The position numbers and the translations under genes were made by a program. From Octopus vulgaris (lineage: Eukaryota): a stretch of 64,000 nt of DNA. Location: contig OX597840.1 of the NCBI GenBank assembly GCA_951406725.2, forward strand, positions 30,132,001 through 30,196,000, in the 5' to 3' direction. Below are positions 63,030 to 64,000 of the stretch, piece after piece. How positions within the stretch are numbered: position 1 is the first letter of the stretch; each line of letters begins with the position of its first letter. Under the pieces are notes generated by a model. That model saw only the letters and a list, made by a program, of their open reading frames with translations, had not been told where the DNA came from and made no database searches.

Positions 63030-64000
63030 AGAAGCTTGAGAGGCGGTTGGATGGAACCTACACTCGCCTCCTTATGAGAGCTCAAAATCTCTCGTGGAAG
63101 CGTCATCCAACCAAAGTACAAATATATGGGAAACTACCACCTGTGTCATCTCTTGTGAAAGGTAGGAGAGTCCAGTTTGCTGGACATTGTTGTAGAGCTG
63201 AAAAAGAAGTAATTTCTACTCTTCTCCTCTGGAAGACATCTACTCGCAATACCAGAGGGCGCACACTCTTCGAGAGGCAGTTGGATGGAACCTACACTCG
63301 CCTCCTTATGAGAGCTCAAAATCTCTCGTGGAAGCGTCATCCAACCAAAGTACAAATATATGGGAAACTACCACCTGTGTCATCTCTTGTGAAAGGTAGG
63401 AGAGTCCAGTTTGCAGGACATTGTTGTAGAGCTGAAAACGAGGCAATTTCTACTCTTCTCCTCTGGAAGCCATCTACTCGCAATACCAGAGGGCGCACAC
63501 TCTTCGAGAGGCAGTTGGATGGAACCTACACTCGCCTCCTTATGAGAGCTCAAAATCTCTCGTGGAAACGTCATCCAACCAAAATGCAAATATATGGGAA
63601 ACTACCACCTGTGTCATCTCTTGTGAAAGGTAGGAGAGTCCAGTTTGCTGGACATTGTTGTAGAGCTGAAAACGAGGCAATTTTTACTCTTCTCCTCTGG
63701 AAGACATCTACTCGCAATACCAGAGGGCGCACACTCTTCGAGAGGCAGTTGGATGGAACCTACACTCGCCTCCTTATGAGAGCTCAAAATCTCTCGTGGA
63801 AATGTCATCCAACCAAAATGCAAATATATGGGAAACTACCACCTGTGACATCTCTTGTGAAAGGTAGGAGAGTTCAGTTTGCTGGACATTGTTGTAGAGC
63901 TGAAAACGAGGCAATTTCTACTCTTCTCCTCGGGAAGACATCTACTCGCAATACCAGAGGGCGCACACTCTTCGAGAGGCAGTTGGATGGAACCTACACT
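63026..64000 (+). repeat. 234-bp tandem array derived from the RTE LINE ORF; open reading frame runs off the window
   Basis: Units start at 63038, 63272, 63506, 63740 and 63974; homologous to about 52835-53070. Confidence 0.92.

Overview
AT-rich, repeat-saturated eukaryotic DNA. The SINE, LINE and microsatellite repertoire suggests an octopus (coleoid cephalopod) intron or intergenic region; this is inference, with no search run. No host protein-coding exon can be supported, and nearly all listed ORFs are translations of microsatellites or SINEs. The window holds about 20 copies of one tRNA-derived SINE (here SINE-A) and a second tRNA SINE (SINE-B) that forms head-to-tail multimers with an invariant junction. 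It also holds a (GAT)n-tailed repeat (repeat C), several CORE-like SINEs, (TAA)n-embedded Dong/R4-type LINE 3' ends, RTE-type LINE fragments (one amplified as an in-frame 234-bp tandem array), a Tc1 transposase relic, and piggyBac-, hAT-, mariner- and Helentron-like non-autonomous elements. The most striking hidden layer is about 15 hammerhead-ribozyme motifs from several unrelated sequence families. Most are Penelope-type minimal motifs in short elements sitting in (TA)n or fold-back inverted repeats, one lies in the tail of a tRNA-headed SINE, and one has a complete canonical core with an extended stem I. A candidate recursive-splice (AG|GT) site lies at 40600/40601.
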